DNA of 64,000 bases from Paraspadella gotoi (taxonomy: Eukaryota; Animalia; Chaetognatha), in contig CM119263.1 of the NCBI GenBank assembly GCA_051294375.1, positions 22,594,833 to 22,658,832 of the forward strand, in the 5' to 3' direction. The translations under genes and the position numbers were made by a program. The notes beneath the pieces are model-generated. The model was not told the DNA's origin, ran no database searches, and worked only from the letters and a program-made list of their open reading frames with translations. Each line of letters begins with the position of its first letter. Positions within the stretch are counted from its first letter, which is position 1. Positions 40,132 through 61,156 of the stretch are shown in pieces.

Positions 40132-42364
40132 TCAACATTTCAACCGGACCTTTGCGCAGACCGAAGAGGAAGAACACGCACACGACCGGATCATCAAGTT
40201 CGAGACGAGCGAGGGTTCGATTCAGCGAGGGAGCGAGAGCAGCGGGACGTCGCTCCGCAGTTGCAGCACGTGCAAGAATTCGCTGGACGCACTAATGTGC
40301 TCCAAACCGCAGAACCAACGAAAATCCCTGGCCAAGTGAGAGAGGGTAGCATCGCAGAGAAACAAAAATGTAGCAGATTAATACGCACCCTACTATAAAA
40401 ATAAAAATGGGAGTCGCTAAGATGAGAAAAGTATTAATGAGAATTATATCGAATTGTTTCGACCAGGGCAACGCCATATTTTGAATTGTCGAAGCATTGT
40501 TGTCTTCTTGCGCCCTAAGCGCCCTCATTCTTTTTTCCCTTTTACGCTCCCCAGGTGGCGAGAGAAGGACCGAGAGGCCTTCGAAAAGGCGATCACCCAA
40601 TTGACGCCGGAAGAGAGCGACGGGAATTCCACACAATCCCTGAAGCTTTTGTCAAATATCAACGTCTCCTACAGGTTTATCTCTCTTGTTCTTTCGATCC
40701 GGAAAAGTCTGCTGGCTGGCTGTCTACAGGAGAGGTTGCACCTATCCAGTAGCTACCCTTCCATATTTGTGAGCGGAGATTCCGTGAGTAACGTCTGTAA
40801 GCTCGTCGGGAAGTAGCTTCTCCCTATCTCACTTGAGTGAAAGTTAAGGAGAGACGTATACAGTATACAGTACAGAACCGTATTCTGTATTCTATTCTAT
40901 TCTATTCCGGCGAGGCCATGGAGTGGGGACAATGTTTACGATGACGATGATTCCGACGATTATGACGATTCCGACGACGAGTTTTACAGAGAGATCCACA
41001 GATCCCAGCAATCTTTAGATCTGAGGTGAGAACCGTCTTTGTTGTCACCTGTCAATTTCCACCGAATAATCAATTTTTAAACTTTTAAAAAAGCATTAAG
41101 GATTTTGGGTCGGAGTTCAGTCGGAAACAATTCGTCGAAAGGCTTAAGATGTTAGAGAGCGAACCAAGAATCAGCTCACAGGTTAAATCTTAAAAATGTT
41201 GGAAGGCGAAGCTTTTGTTAAGAAAATCACTCATAAATTCATACGAGCATCATTTCATGACTATTATTTAATGAATCAAAAAAAATATCCTCCCAATCCG
41301 CTCAAGAATTACCGTTACCGATCCGTGACTGCGAAGTGTAAAAATCCGAATAAGAAAACTTAACCACCTTATGATAGGGGTAGCCGCACTCAATGGGTGA
41401 GTCAAAAATTTAGAGAGTACATGCTCAAACGAATATTTAGACATTTTTAAGAATACTTTCAATGGACAAAAAATTTCTAATATGGCTCTATACCCTAGTA
41501 ATTATTTTTTTAATATTTATTTATAGATAGGAAAGGCTAAAATTTTTTTTAGAATTTTTAAATTTTAAGACCAGATTCAGATAGCTCATAAAAAGTTGTC
41601 TACATAAAGTATAATTCTTTTTTAAATATTTTTACGATAAGTGTATCAAAAATAAGAAAAACCATAAAAAATCATCATCATTATCATCTTTCGATGAATT
41701 TATCAGTTTTTTTATATTTTCACTTAGAAAACGTAAGAATTTTTAAAAGCTGTAATTATATTTCTTGTTTAACTTTTTATGCTCTATCAGAATCCATCAA
41801 AAAATTTTAAGATTTTAAAAAAATATTTTTTGCTCTATATAGTAAAATAATATTTTTACATAGGCTAGTACCCTCAGAAGAAAGCATTTTTGACAAAAAA
41901 TATTTTAATACCATAATCTATGGTCATGATAGATTATATTAACGCTGTATACATAAGCATTTAAATTTCAGCGGCTATGGTTACTGTTTACTGATTACTG
42001 ATTATGATTACTGATTCGTCTCTGTTAAGACGGAATCGATCGACGAACAGATCAGCGAGGACATTCGAAACATCCTGATCCTTGCCCCGGAGGAGAATAC
42101 GAAGATGCCGCGCCACTGTAGCACCTGCCGCAGCTCGCCCGTCGTGCAGAGGTGAGACTACACCACGAAGGACCGAAAAAAAATAACGTCAAAATAATAC
42201 TAAGCAAAATAATGCTGAGCAGAGGAACGGGCAGCGTCGAGACGTTTCCGAAACAAATTGGGAGTACGACCGATGAACGACCAAGGAAGACGCGGAGTCG
42301 CAATCGAACCCTTGTCAAACAAACCGACAGCCAATTGACGATACAAGAAAAAGTCTCAGATTAA
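38889..42364 (+). CDS. Uncharacterised multi-exon protein with two repeats of an acidic / ERLK.LE helix / CSTC module
   Basis: Exons, mostly phase-compatible: 38889-39083 (ATG at 38933), 39289-~39568, 39755-39841, 39986-40067, 40160-40335, 40555-40783, ~40915-41025, 41094-41181, 42030-42151, 42223-42364 (stop TAA). Boundaries around 39.5-39.7 kb and 40.9 kb and the true 5' end are uncertain. Confidence 0.7.
41375..41980. mobile_element. AT-rich MITE-like element related to families A/B, in an intron
   Basis: TAGCCGC..GCGGCTA inverted ends, and the internal AGATTC..AAAAAGTT / AACTTTTT..GAATC inverted motifs seen in the other MITEs. Confidence 0.5.
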
Positions 42365-43753
42365 TTACTTTGTCGGAACGGATGTCACTTTTACGTACTT
42401 GCATGTATGCAAGCCGTGGCATCACTGCGATTGTTGGCTGAACAACATTGCATTGTGGAAGAATAATAACATATTTTGATAAGCTAAAATTGCTAAGCTG
42501 TCAACCATTTAACTCTATATGATTATGAAAAAACAAGAACCAATTAAATTTTCAAAGAACCTTTTTATTTATCCTACTTTTTTTGTACAACGAAATTATA
42601 TGTACAGAATCAAAGAAAAAAAAAATCATAATAAGAAAAAAATAACTTTCAATTCGAGGAAATAAAGCAAAATAAATCAGTCTAAATTCATTATTATTTC
42701 ATTACGAACTTTAGCCCGGATGATATGACCATCTGAAATCTACTAACTTAAAATATTAATAAAACACTACATCTACAAACATCAGATGAGCTGAATCGTT
42801 TCGAAACTTGATACCACTGAAAGAAGCTTAAGATGGTCAACAGAGAGGAAACTAATAATTAAATCTTTCATTTTAAAATTTTAAAATAAAGACGATTTAT
42901 ACAAACAAATTTGTATAACGTATGTTCAATCAAAACGTGATTGTTCTGTCACAACGATTTTTGAAATTAATCGAGAAAACTCACGCAGACATTAGAAAGG
43001 CACAGGTCTTAATAATCAATGATTATTAATCATTCTGGACGAAATCGCTAGAAGGAAAAGAAAGGAGAAAGGAGCTTTCTTGCCTCAGTCAAGCTCGATA
43101 ATAATAAGCAAAGTAATATTATTTAGGAAGGTGATTTCATGAAGCGGTCATGAGAAACAATATAGACTATAATTTAATTTACCTAATCGTTTTGGTTTTT
43201 TTTCCCCTTTTCGAAAAGCCGGATTTTTTTGTAGCACGTTGCGCACGATTATTAGCATCACAAAGCAACTGTTGTTCATAGAAGTTTTTGATAACAAATC
43301 AGCCTTGAATAAGGCTTTTCAAAATTAAATCCGAGGGAAAATTGCGACGATCAATTGTCCTAAAAAGAGGAGGGGTGGGGAAATAATCAGGGCCGCAAAG
43401 AGAAGGAAGATAAATTCTAAGGAAAGAAGGAAGGCGAAAATCGCGGATATCTTTTTAGCACATTAAGTATTAAATAACTGGAAGTCAAAATCTGAAAAAA
43501 AAAAACTGGAAAGACTGGAACGACTAAGAAGTAAACAGTGGTCCAACGCTTTGTAACAAAATCGAAAAATGTTGAAACTAAAATAAAATTTAAAGTTGAA
43601 AGAAAAAGAGAAAAAGAAAAACTAAATTGCAAAGAATCTGAAAGGATAGACAAGAGCATAAGAGCGAGGGCATGGGAAAAGGAAGAAAGAATGGTAGACA
43701 ATTTTAAGTTAATTTCCAACTAAGACGTGGGGGGAGTGGAGGAAACATAAAGA

Positions 43754-52241
<8,488 letters not shown>

Positions 52242-52343
52242 TCACGCGAGAGGGGGAGTCACCCCTTTCTCGAGGGCGAGAGCGAAGAGGAGGAAGAGAG
52301 GCGAGGCCGCGTCCTCAGAGAGGATTCGTTCCCATCTTCGCAT
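52242..52343 (-). promoter_or_regulatory. Upstream ORFs in the DYRK1 5' leader
   Basis: ATG at 52343 opens 33 codons (MRRWERILSEDAASPLFLLFALALEKGVTPPLA) whose TGA directly abuts the main ATG (TGAATG). A second short uORF, MGTNPL, lies inside it. Both follow a CAG acceptor at 52361-52359. Confidence 0.5.
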
Positions 52344-52964
52344 TCTAGGCCTACGCCTCTGGAGTAAAATAAGATTAAAACAATGATTAATAAGCAGTAA
52401 ATAGCACAAATAGCCCTCATAATAAATCGTACTCGAAACTTAGCCAGGATAAATCTATAAGTATTTTAAATTCTATCCTCGCTAAATTATTTTTTCCTCT
52501 CACTCTCACTCTCACTCGAACACAAATCGGAATTCTACTTGTAACCCCGAACAGATTCGGCAAACTAACCGGATTAACGAATGGCTGATTATTCGTCGCT
52601 TTCTCGTCTCGTTGGCAGTCAGCAATCTGCAGGACAGACTTTCCGACTCAGTACGTACGAGCGCGAGATGGAGCACACACGTTCCGTCCCGGGAAAGATC
52701 ACGAAATCTTTTGTCGTACGCCAGCGAAAATTTATTTGCCGGCAGCGTTTGAAGGAGGCGATCGATTGCACGTTTACTCTCGATCGCTTTTATTTTTTAA
52801 TTAATTCATCACTTTTTTTATAGTTTTGGATAGACGTAATCCGATCATTTAAATAGTTATTTATTCATCCACGTAATTTATTTTCCGGCTTGATAAAATC
52901 ATGCAAAGTCAGAGACCGTTTCACGTTTTCGACGACGATGATGATAAAGACTAAGAATCAGTCC

Positions 52965-53018
<54 letters not shown>

Positions 53019-54950
53019 GAGAGGCCGGGGTCTACCGCTTCCGCGAGCAGACGAAAGCCCATGGAGAGAAGGCCGAGGACTTCATGGTTGCGATCCGCAG
53101 TGGGTAACGTCCCGTCGACGAATTAATCAGTTACGCCTTCGATCGACGGCGAGGGGGGAGAGAGGAATTCAGCGCGGTGAGGGAAAACTCTCGAATATTT
53201 GATCGGTGGTCGTCGAGGAGAAACTTTCCGTCGAGGGTGGTGGGGGCCGAAAATGGTAAAGTACCTTCGTCAAGCCCCAAATATCTCATCGTCCGAAATA
53301 TCTGTCGGGGGTAGAAGAGATTAAAAAAATACGGGGTTGTATTGACAAGATAGCGCCGAGGCTGCTGCTCCTCCTCCTGGTTCTCTTCGCGAGCGAGAGA
53401 GCGAGGCAGTCGATCTTATCGCGAAAATGATCAACTCGGGAGGAAAAAAAATATAAGTGGGATCGGTTGCGGAAGGCAGAGGCCAGAGAGGGCGATGTCG
53501 GTGACAGTCGAGAGGTCGATTACGAAATGACGGCGATTTAGTTGTTAATTGGAAGACGATTGTGGGACGAAGAGAACGAATTTAATCAAAGATATTAGAC
53601 AATCGATTTTTTAAAAACTGAAGAGAGAGACGTAATCTCTCATTTCAAATCCTTTCCAAAGAAGCTTAAAAAAAAGGCCGATCCTTTTGGTTGCTTAATC
53701 ATGCTGGCTGAAAAATTCGAGAGCGTGACTCACGTTCCGCTACTGTATCGACCTTAATTAAAACTCAAGAAATTCAATGCGGAATTATCGTAACTGCGTA
53801 CTGCACATTGATTGGAAAAGTAATTTAGAGAAAATTCGGAGTTAGAATAAAACACTTGTTAAATATATGATACTAAGAATAACGATAAGAACTAACGGTT
53901 TCTGCGTTCATTCGCAAAAAAAGTCAAGAAAACCAAAATACATATTACAAATATTACATTAAAAAATAAAAGTATTTAAATTTTAACATCGTCGTTTAAT
54001 TGAAAAAAAGTTATATTTAAAATTTTTAAGCATTCGACGGCCGAATTCACCAGGTTTCGAATATTGCATGTTTTCAGATAAATAGGGATTTATTCAAGGT
54101 TTTCCACCCTTCTTTCCAGACTAAAATTGTTTGCCCCTCTTTTTAAAAAACGGAACAATAAAAGGAATGATAGTGTTAAGGATCGAGATTTTCATACCCA
54201 TACATGTGAAAAAATTTCAAACCACGGCCTAGGTTGCATTCCAATGCATTCATAGTTTTAGAAGAGCCATGGTAGCCGATTTCAGTCACAAAGATTAACT
54301 CAAACCAAGTTACAAACAATGGACGCCATAGATAAATTTCGGTTTGAGGTTCTCTCGGATGGAGACTGGTTACTATGCAAGGCTTTTGTTCCTTCGGATT
54401 TCTGTAGAGACCATTTTTAAAGAAGCCGATACGTCCAACAGAAAAAACGGTGAAGATAAGAGATGAGTTAGATAAACAAGCATGTGATAGGTTTAAAAAT
54501 ACAGAGAAATCAAACTAATTAAACGGATAAGAACAGCAGATATTTAAGCTTAAAAAATTTATTCATCGATGTAGTTATGAGGATAACAACTCTGAAAAGT
54601 TACATAACTTTTATTTAGTTTTTGCTTTTAAATTTCTTTCACTTTAAAACTTATATTTTCCAAGTTCAGATGCTATGAAAAATTTACATATAGTTTTTAA
54701 AAAGATTTAAAATGTAAAAACGTATAATTTATACGTTGAACGTATGAAATCTGACAGGAAGACACTATATCAATATATTAAATAAAAAATAAAAAAAACT
54801 GTGCATACAATCTTTTGTTTTTTATATTTTTATATTTAATTTTTTTTTACTATTTTTTTTAAATTTTATATATATTTTTATATTTTTAATCAATATTCTG
54901 GTCCCCTTTTTGCACTGTCCATCTTAGGATTCTTAAAATGGGTAAACATT

Positions 54951-55560
54951 AGAGTGATGTGAAAATGATAAAATTTTAGAAAAATTAAAATTTAGCATAT
55001 AAAACATGAACATAAAAACCAATAAAAATATTTTGGTAAATTTATTTTTTAATTTTATACATTAGTGGGCACCAGTTAGCTATATTTATATATAGTAATA
55101 AGTATATAATAGGCTAAAATTTCAAAATACAAATTTTTAAATTTTAAGATCGAATTTGGATTCCTTGCAAAAAGTTATTATAAGAAAGTACAATTCTTTT
55201 TTAAAAATTCTTTCATTCAGTTAGTCAAAAATGTAAAAAACTATATTTAAGATGCCTATTTTAAATTTCCAGCTTAAAAATATAGTTTTTTGTAATTTTA
55301 ACCTACTTAATGACATAATTTTTGAAAAAGATTTATACTTTCTTTATTAACTTTTAACGAGGAATCTGAATCTGTTCTCAGAATTAAAAAAAAAAATTTT
55401 TGAAATTTTGACATTATATAAGGGTAGTACTATATACAAAATAAGCTGACTGGGCTACTATATTTATAAAAAAAGAAAAATAATTACAGATTAGTATTCA
55501 CTAATATGATAGTTTTCAAATATACTGCTAAATTTTGATTCCAAACTATCACTTCACCCT
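54951..55560. mobile_element. MITE family B, second copy
   Basis: Colinear with 45478-46084, same TIRs and TA flanks. Confidence 0.85.
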
Positions 55561-55632
55561 AGTAAACATGTATTGTTGTCATTTTATCGTCATAGAAGTT
55601 ACATTCTAGCCCCGAAAAGCAATTAGTTTTCT

Positions 55633-55870
55633 TTTTTAGTCAGATCTGCTTATCAGCAGATTCCAACTCTTTAATTCACTTTGTTGGTCCGTCGGTCCCA
55701 CCCCAAAATCTTGTTGGTAAATCATAATTAATTAATTATCATATAAGAACCTCGTATTTAATAAATTATGAAAAAAAATTATGTTGACCAAATTATGCCA
55801 GTTGACCAAATTACGCAAAATTACCAAATCATGCAAGTTTACCAAATTATGAAAGTTGACCAACTAATTT
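55633..55870 (+). mobile_element. Truncated DINE-1/Helentron-like element
   Basis: Starts TTTTAGTC.GATCTGCTTATCAGCAGATTCC, as at 61157, followed by ~19 bp tandem repeats (ACCAAATTATGCAAGTTG-like). Confidence 0.55.
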
Positions 55871-57622
55871 ATAGATTTTTTCATAAATTCATTAAGAAGT
55901 CTTATGATTTGTTATGTTATGATTAGTTATGATCTGTTAAGATCACAAATTAAAAGTGAAAATTATCGCGATTTATCATCGGATTAGCTTATTACCGCTT
56001 AATTATCGTAGGCAGATCCGACATAGTTTGCTCAAACTTGTTTTTAAACATTCACTAATACTAAAATTTTTTAATATAAAACCATTCAAGCAGGAGAAGT
56101 TAAACAAACATTTAAATAAACTTTTAAATTTTAAAAGAAAAAAATATTTTCGTCTTCTACACTGATGAAATAAAAGCGAAATATCCTATCTTTAACGATA
56201 TTTGCGCACCTTTCTCCTAAATAAAAAGCTACTTTTTCTAATTGATATAGAATCGAAAATTGAAAAGTAATGAAAGAACCATTTCAACTTTTTATGCATT
56301 ACATTATTAGAAGAGATTCTCAAACTACTTCCACAAGTTATAACCAAATCCTGCAAAGTTATACTACACTATTTTTCTCAACACACCCGAAAATTAAACG
56401 TCTTAATACTCACCCTTTTTACATTAATAAATGGTGGAAGAAGTATAATTAATTCAAGCCTAATAAAAAATCACTCACCGACGAAGACAAAATAAGCTTT
56501 TATGCAAAAAGAAAAACACGTACATAAACAGATTTTGTGCATTATTAAAAACAAATTTAAGTAAAAGAGAATGGCTGACGGTTATATTCCCAGCTCAAGG
56601 TTTAGAGATCCCGATTGAAGTGCCTCTAGCGGGGGACAAGGCGAACTTTTGGAATCCCGTCTTCACTCAGAAGATGGCAAAGTATTCCACTTCAAACATT
56701 TTTGTTCGATCAATTCATTCCATTGAGGCAAAAACGTTAAATGTTTAGGGATCGTTCAAAAAAGATATGAAAATTCCACTAGCTGAAAAGGACTGTTAAA
56801 TGTTATTTTGAAGACGCGGTCGGATCACTAATCACAATTTAGAAAAAAGGAGCAATTTTACAATAATAAAATGTTATCGGTTTAACTAAGAAATAAAATA
56901 AAATAATTTATATTACACATTTTGAATTTATATCTATGAAATCATATTTTTATGGAAATGCATTTAAAGTTGTAATTATAACAAGTTAATTTTTTTTTCT
57001 GGACAGAAAATAAATGGACAACAATTTTATATGTTCGCGAGAATGAAAAGTATTACAATTGACTTGTAAATAATAAACGTTGTGATGATGGAAAATTCAA
57101 ATTTGAATAGATTATCGAGCTTTGTTTTTTAATTTTTAAAATTTTTTTATTTAAAATATTTTGGGCTATCCGGGAGTTGAATACGCTCTTGAAGCTTATG
57201 GGAAAACGAAGAGAAAGAAGATGAAAAAATAAATTTTATTTCTTTACGGAAAAAAAAATTTAAGACCGTAACAATAATGATATTAAAAAAGTTGATAAGC
57301 TTCACTGGCAAATGATTTTTTAAAAAAAATATTAATATTTATAATATTTTTTTATTTCCTTTAATATATATTTACAAAGTAACAGTTTTCATTTGTGATT
57401 ACAATGATTATTTAATAATTTGGACATGTTTCGGTTTTTGTTCTTCGAACCTTTATCAGCCAGTTTGGATAATTTCATTCTTTTTTTTTTCCGTTAATTC
57501 TTTAAAACAAACCTTGCTTTTTGTTTTCCATATGCCTCCAGAGCGTATTGATCTCCAGGAATGCCATATTTTGAATATTTTAAAAGTTGTATGGTGGACT
57601 AAAATCTACCAACCGTTCATCA

Positions 57623-57810
57623 GCGGCCATTGGTGCCGGAGGCAAGTCATTCGCCTCCCAACCCAAAGGTCCGGGGTTCTAGCCCGGTGGCCGCCTAGCA
57701 GTTAAGAGGGACGGGGCGCTTAACCCACCTGTAACACGGTGTTACAGCCTGATCCGAAGCTCAGGGACTGCTTATATTGAACGGTTCTGTCATTAACACA
57801 ACAATAATTA
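57623..57810 (+). mobile_element. tRNA-derived SINE (tRNA-Gly-like head)
   Basis: Acceptor-like stem GCGGCCA..TGGCCGC, loop CTCCCAA, B-box-like GGTTCTAGCCC. The body has hairpins (CTGTAACAC-G-GTGTTACAG; CCTGA..TCAGG) and an A-rich tail. Confidence 0.6.
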
Positions 57811-60409
57811 CTGTCTCTTCAGTTGTTTATTTTTTTCTTCATAATTTATTTTATTTATTATTAGAAAGGTACAGTAAAATTAGTCCCGGTTTATTAAACA
57901 CTTGAATGATAAACTTCAAATTTGTCGTTTTTAAACAAAGTTGTCCGCAATACATCTTTGATGAATCAATGTAATTGTAGGCAGAAATAATTAGGAAGGG
58001 TGGAGATACCTACTTTTAACTGTGCCCACATTATCACGATACTGTCGTTTCAATATGCATTAGTTCGAGTCGTATGTGTCAGAACCGGCGGGTCATAACA
58101 GTTGCGAGAGAGGCGATCACAAAATTCCTTCATTGCTGGCGTCATGAGTTCTGGAAAGAAAATAAAATGACAACAATTTTATAGGTTCGCGAGAATAAAA
58201 AGTATGACAATAGTTAATAATGAACGATGTGAAGAAGGAAAATTTTAATTCCAATAGAGTATCGAGCTTTATTTTTTCAATTTTTTGACGTAACATTTTT
58301 ATAAATTTTGAAGTTGTCCAAAAGCATAGCCTTTAAATCGCACATGAGTAAATAATATTACTTCTCATTATGGGCACCACATTTGTCTTTTCAAGGCGCA
58401 TCTGTATCTGATGCAATAAACTTTATGGTCACCTTTACTGGATACTCAAAATCAATGTCAAATCTATTTTTGATTGATTTTGGCGCAAAGGGATACTGAC
58501 ATTTTATCTCTTATGGCTTACTGTGAACTTATTTTGTAATTTAAATTAATGATATTTGAGTCAATGATAGAATAAACACTAAGCTTTCATTTGAGCTTTT
58601 TTACGATAATTATTATAAAATATTTAAAAATCTCTTGTCATTTTTTTTTCTGAGAGGAAAAAGGAAAACAACAATGTTTCTAATTCTGAGGAATTAGACG
58701 TCAAGCAATTGTATAGTCTACATTGAAACAAAATACAAAAATGAAAATGAGAGCAAAGAGCTTTCATGTGAGGTGGAAGCGAGCAAAGAATTTTTAATTT
58801 TTTTATTTTTAATTTAGTTTTGAGTATTTGAATGTTCTTGGAACATTATAGGAATGATGCTATTAAAGGAGGAGAGATTAATAGTTGGTTGGGTCTAGGT
58901 CTCGGTTTGTGAGCAAGGTTGCGTTGCCTTGTTGTCTCTTGTCATTTAAATAAAATTATAAGTTTTTCTTCCGGACACTTTCTTTAATTTTTTTATTATT
59001 GGAAAGGTACAGTTAAACTTGTTTATCAAGTCAGTTGGTAGGATCGCCGAATTCCTTTAATTTTTTTTCCGAGAAATTATCCTCTTCCATTACGCTTCTT
59101 TCGTTCTGCTTTTTCCGTTAATTCTTTAAGGAAAACCTTGCTCTTCGTTTTCCATAGGCCTCCAGAGCGTATTGATCTCCAGGAAGGCCCAAACTGGCCC
59201 CGCTTTTTGCAGGTTTTGCGCATTTTAATCGCGGCTGCGGCTGTGGTGGCGGCCTGAAAAACAATGGCCTCTTGAACTGGAGAGTTCTTCGGTGTCCCCA
59301 ATATCCGCTGAACCCTTTTTTTTTCATTGAAGATACGCAATCATTGACGGTGAAATGAAATGCACCCAATTCCGACGAAGAGGGATACTATATTTATTAA
59401 TGTTAAAAAAATGAAAAAAAATTTTCCCCTAACACGGAGGGCGAAAGAAAGCACAAAAGAAGTAGATACAGTCCTGATCGAGCATTTCCGATGCGAATTC
59501 CCTTGCTCTTATGTCAAAATCTTGACATGGAGAAGAAACGGCGCCTCTTTCCGAGGGAATTACAATCAAGAACAAAGGACCAGATATTCTTTCACTAATG
59601 TAATGCTCTGCGTCGCAATAAAAGTAACCACTTGTTAGCTTTAAATACCCCACTATTTCTTTTTTAATTTTGAAAAAAGTATTTATGAAAAATATAGCTT
59701 TTTTAAAAAGTTATCGATTGGTACCAAAAAAATTAATTGGTTCAAATAGTAGAATACAGCAATACTTTAAAGTAAGAGTCTGAAAACGGAATTTAAAAAA
59801 AATATTTTTGGAGGTTGATACTACTTTTTTTAACTTATGATAAAAGATTGTTTTTCTATATAGTTTCTCTATTTAATTAAATTTGATTTAGGCCAAAAAT
59901 GGTTGACACTTACCTTTCCAGATATTTTATGCTGAATTTGTTCAACCAATTTTATATTATAAATATTTTATAATAGAGAAAAGTTATTATTATTGACTAA
60001 AAAAAAATAATTTTGTGAACCAATCGATTTTGTTGTCCTACTTTCGAACGCTTTGCTCAATTTTATTGGGACTTGGATCTATCGCTTTATTTTTCAAAAA
60101 GCTTTTTTTTTTTTTTTAAATCTTTGTAAAATTCGTGCCAGTGGAAATTAGTTAAAATGTAAAAAAATATAAGTCACATTTTCTTGAATGTTTTTACTAA
60201 TTTTAACCCATAATTACTCAAATTATTCATAATAGGATGGATAGAATGAGATGAAATTTTGTGTGTGAGTAGGAAAGTGTGTGATTGAGCTGAATATAAA
60301 GTTTCGATGGAATCGAGGAGTGGAAATTAGTTTGCATGAATTGACTTTTTATTATTTATGCTTACTCATAAATTTTGTAATTAGTTAATTAATTGATTAT
60401 TTAATTAAA

Positions 60410-60555
60410 TTGAAAAAATGATGCAAGTTGAAAAAATGATGCAAGATGAAAAAATGATGCAAGTTAAAAAATGATGCATGTTAAAAAAAGGTGCAAGTTG
60501 GAAATATGGTGCATGTTGGAAAAATGGTGCAAGTTGGAAAAATGGTGCAAATTGA
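60410..60555 (+). repeat. ~17 bp minisatellite (AAAAAATGATGCAAGTTG)
   Basis: Visible tandem units, related to 61740-62282. Confidence 0.85.
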
Positions 60556-61156
60556 AGAAGAAAAAAAATACCACAAAATTTTAAGATTAAATTATGAAGT
60601 TTAATAGAACATTGGACCCCGAAACTGACAAAGTATAATTAGTAATTATAATTAATTTAATTACTAAACAAAAATACCATTAAACCATTACATTACTCTT
60701 GACACTGTGGCGCATTATACGTGGAATGTTATTTAACCCCTTGCGTCGTTAACCTTACCAGTCGTACCATCGAATTTGATTCGAACAGATTTACGCAACT
60801 CGATTTACTCTCTCTCCGCTTCTCCATTAAGTCCGGCCCATCACGGATCTGCTCCGAATGGTGACTTGTCCATCAACCGTTGATGTGATGATTTATGTAC
60901 CCGCCTACTCCGCCCGCAACTTCTCTTTCGCACGATCATTCCTACCTCCCCTCCCAGTACCTCCCCCCCCCCGCTGCCTCGACCCGAACTTGATCGCGAC
61001 TCAAGATGATTATTATCCTCGCAACGATCGTTATCTCCTTCATGAGCCGCATAAATGCATTCATTCCCTCTTGTCACCCTCCCGAGTGTATATTTCTTGC
61101 TCCTTCTTTTTTTTTTGTATTCCTACCTTATTGCCCTTTATATCATTATCATAGAT

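Noticed and set aside
56160-56190. CTGATGA...GAAA as a hammerhead (similar near 42783)
   Set aside because: No stem II or stem III pairing.
57623-57695. Functional tRNA genes here, at 19775-19845 and at 61927-61998
   Set aside because: Anticodon stems do not pair properly and there is no oligo-T terminator; treated as tRNA-derived repeats.
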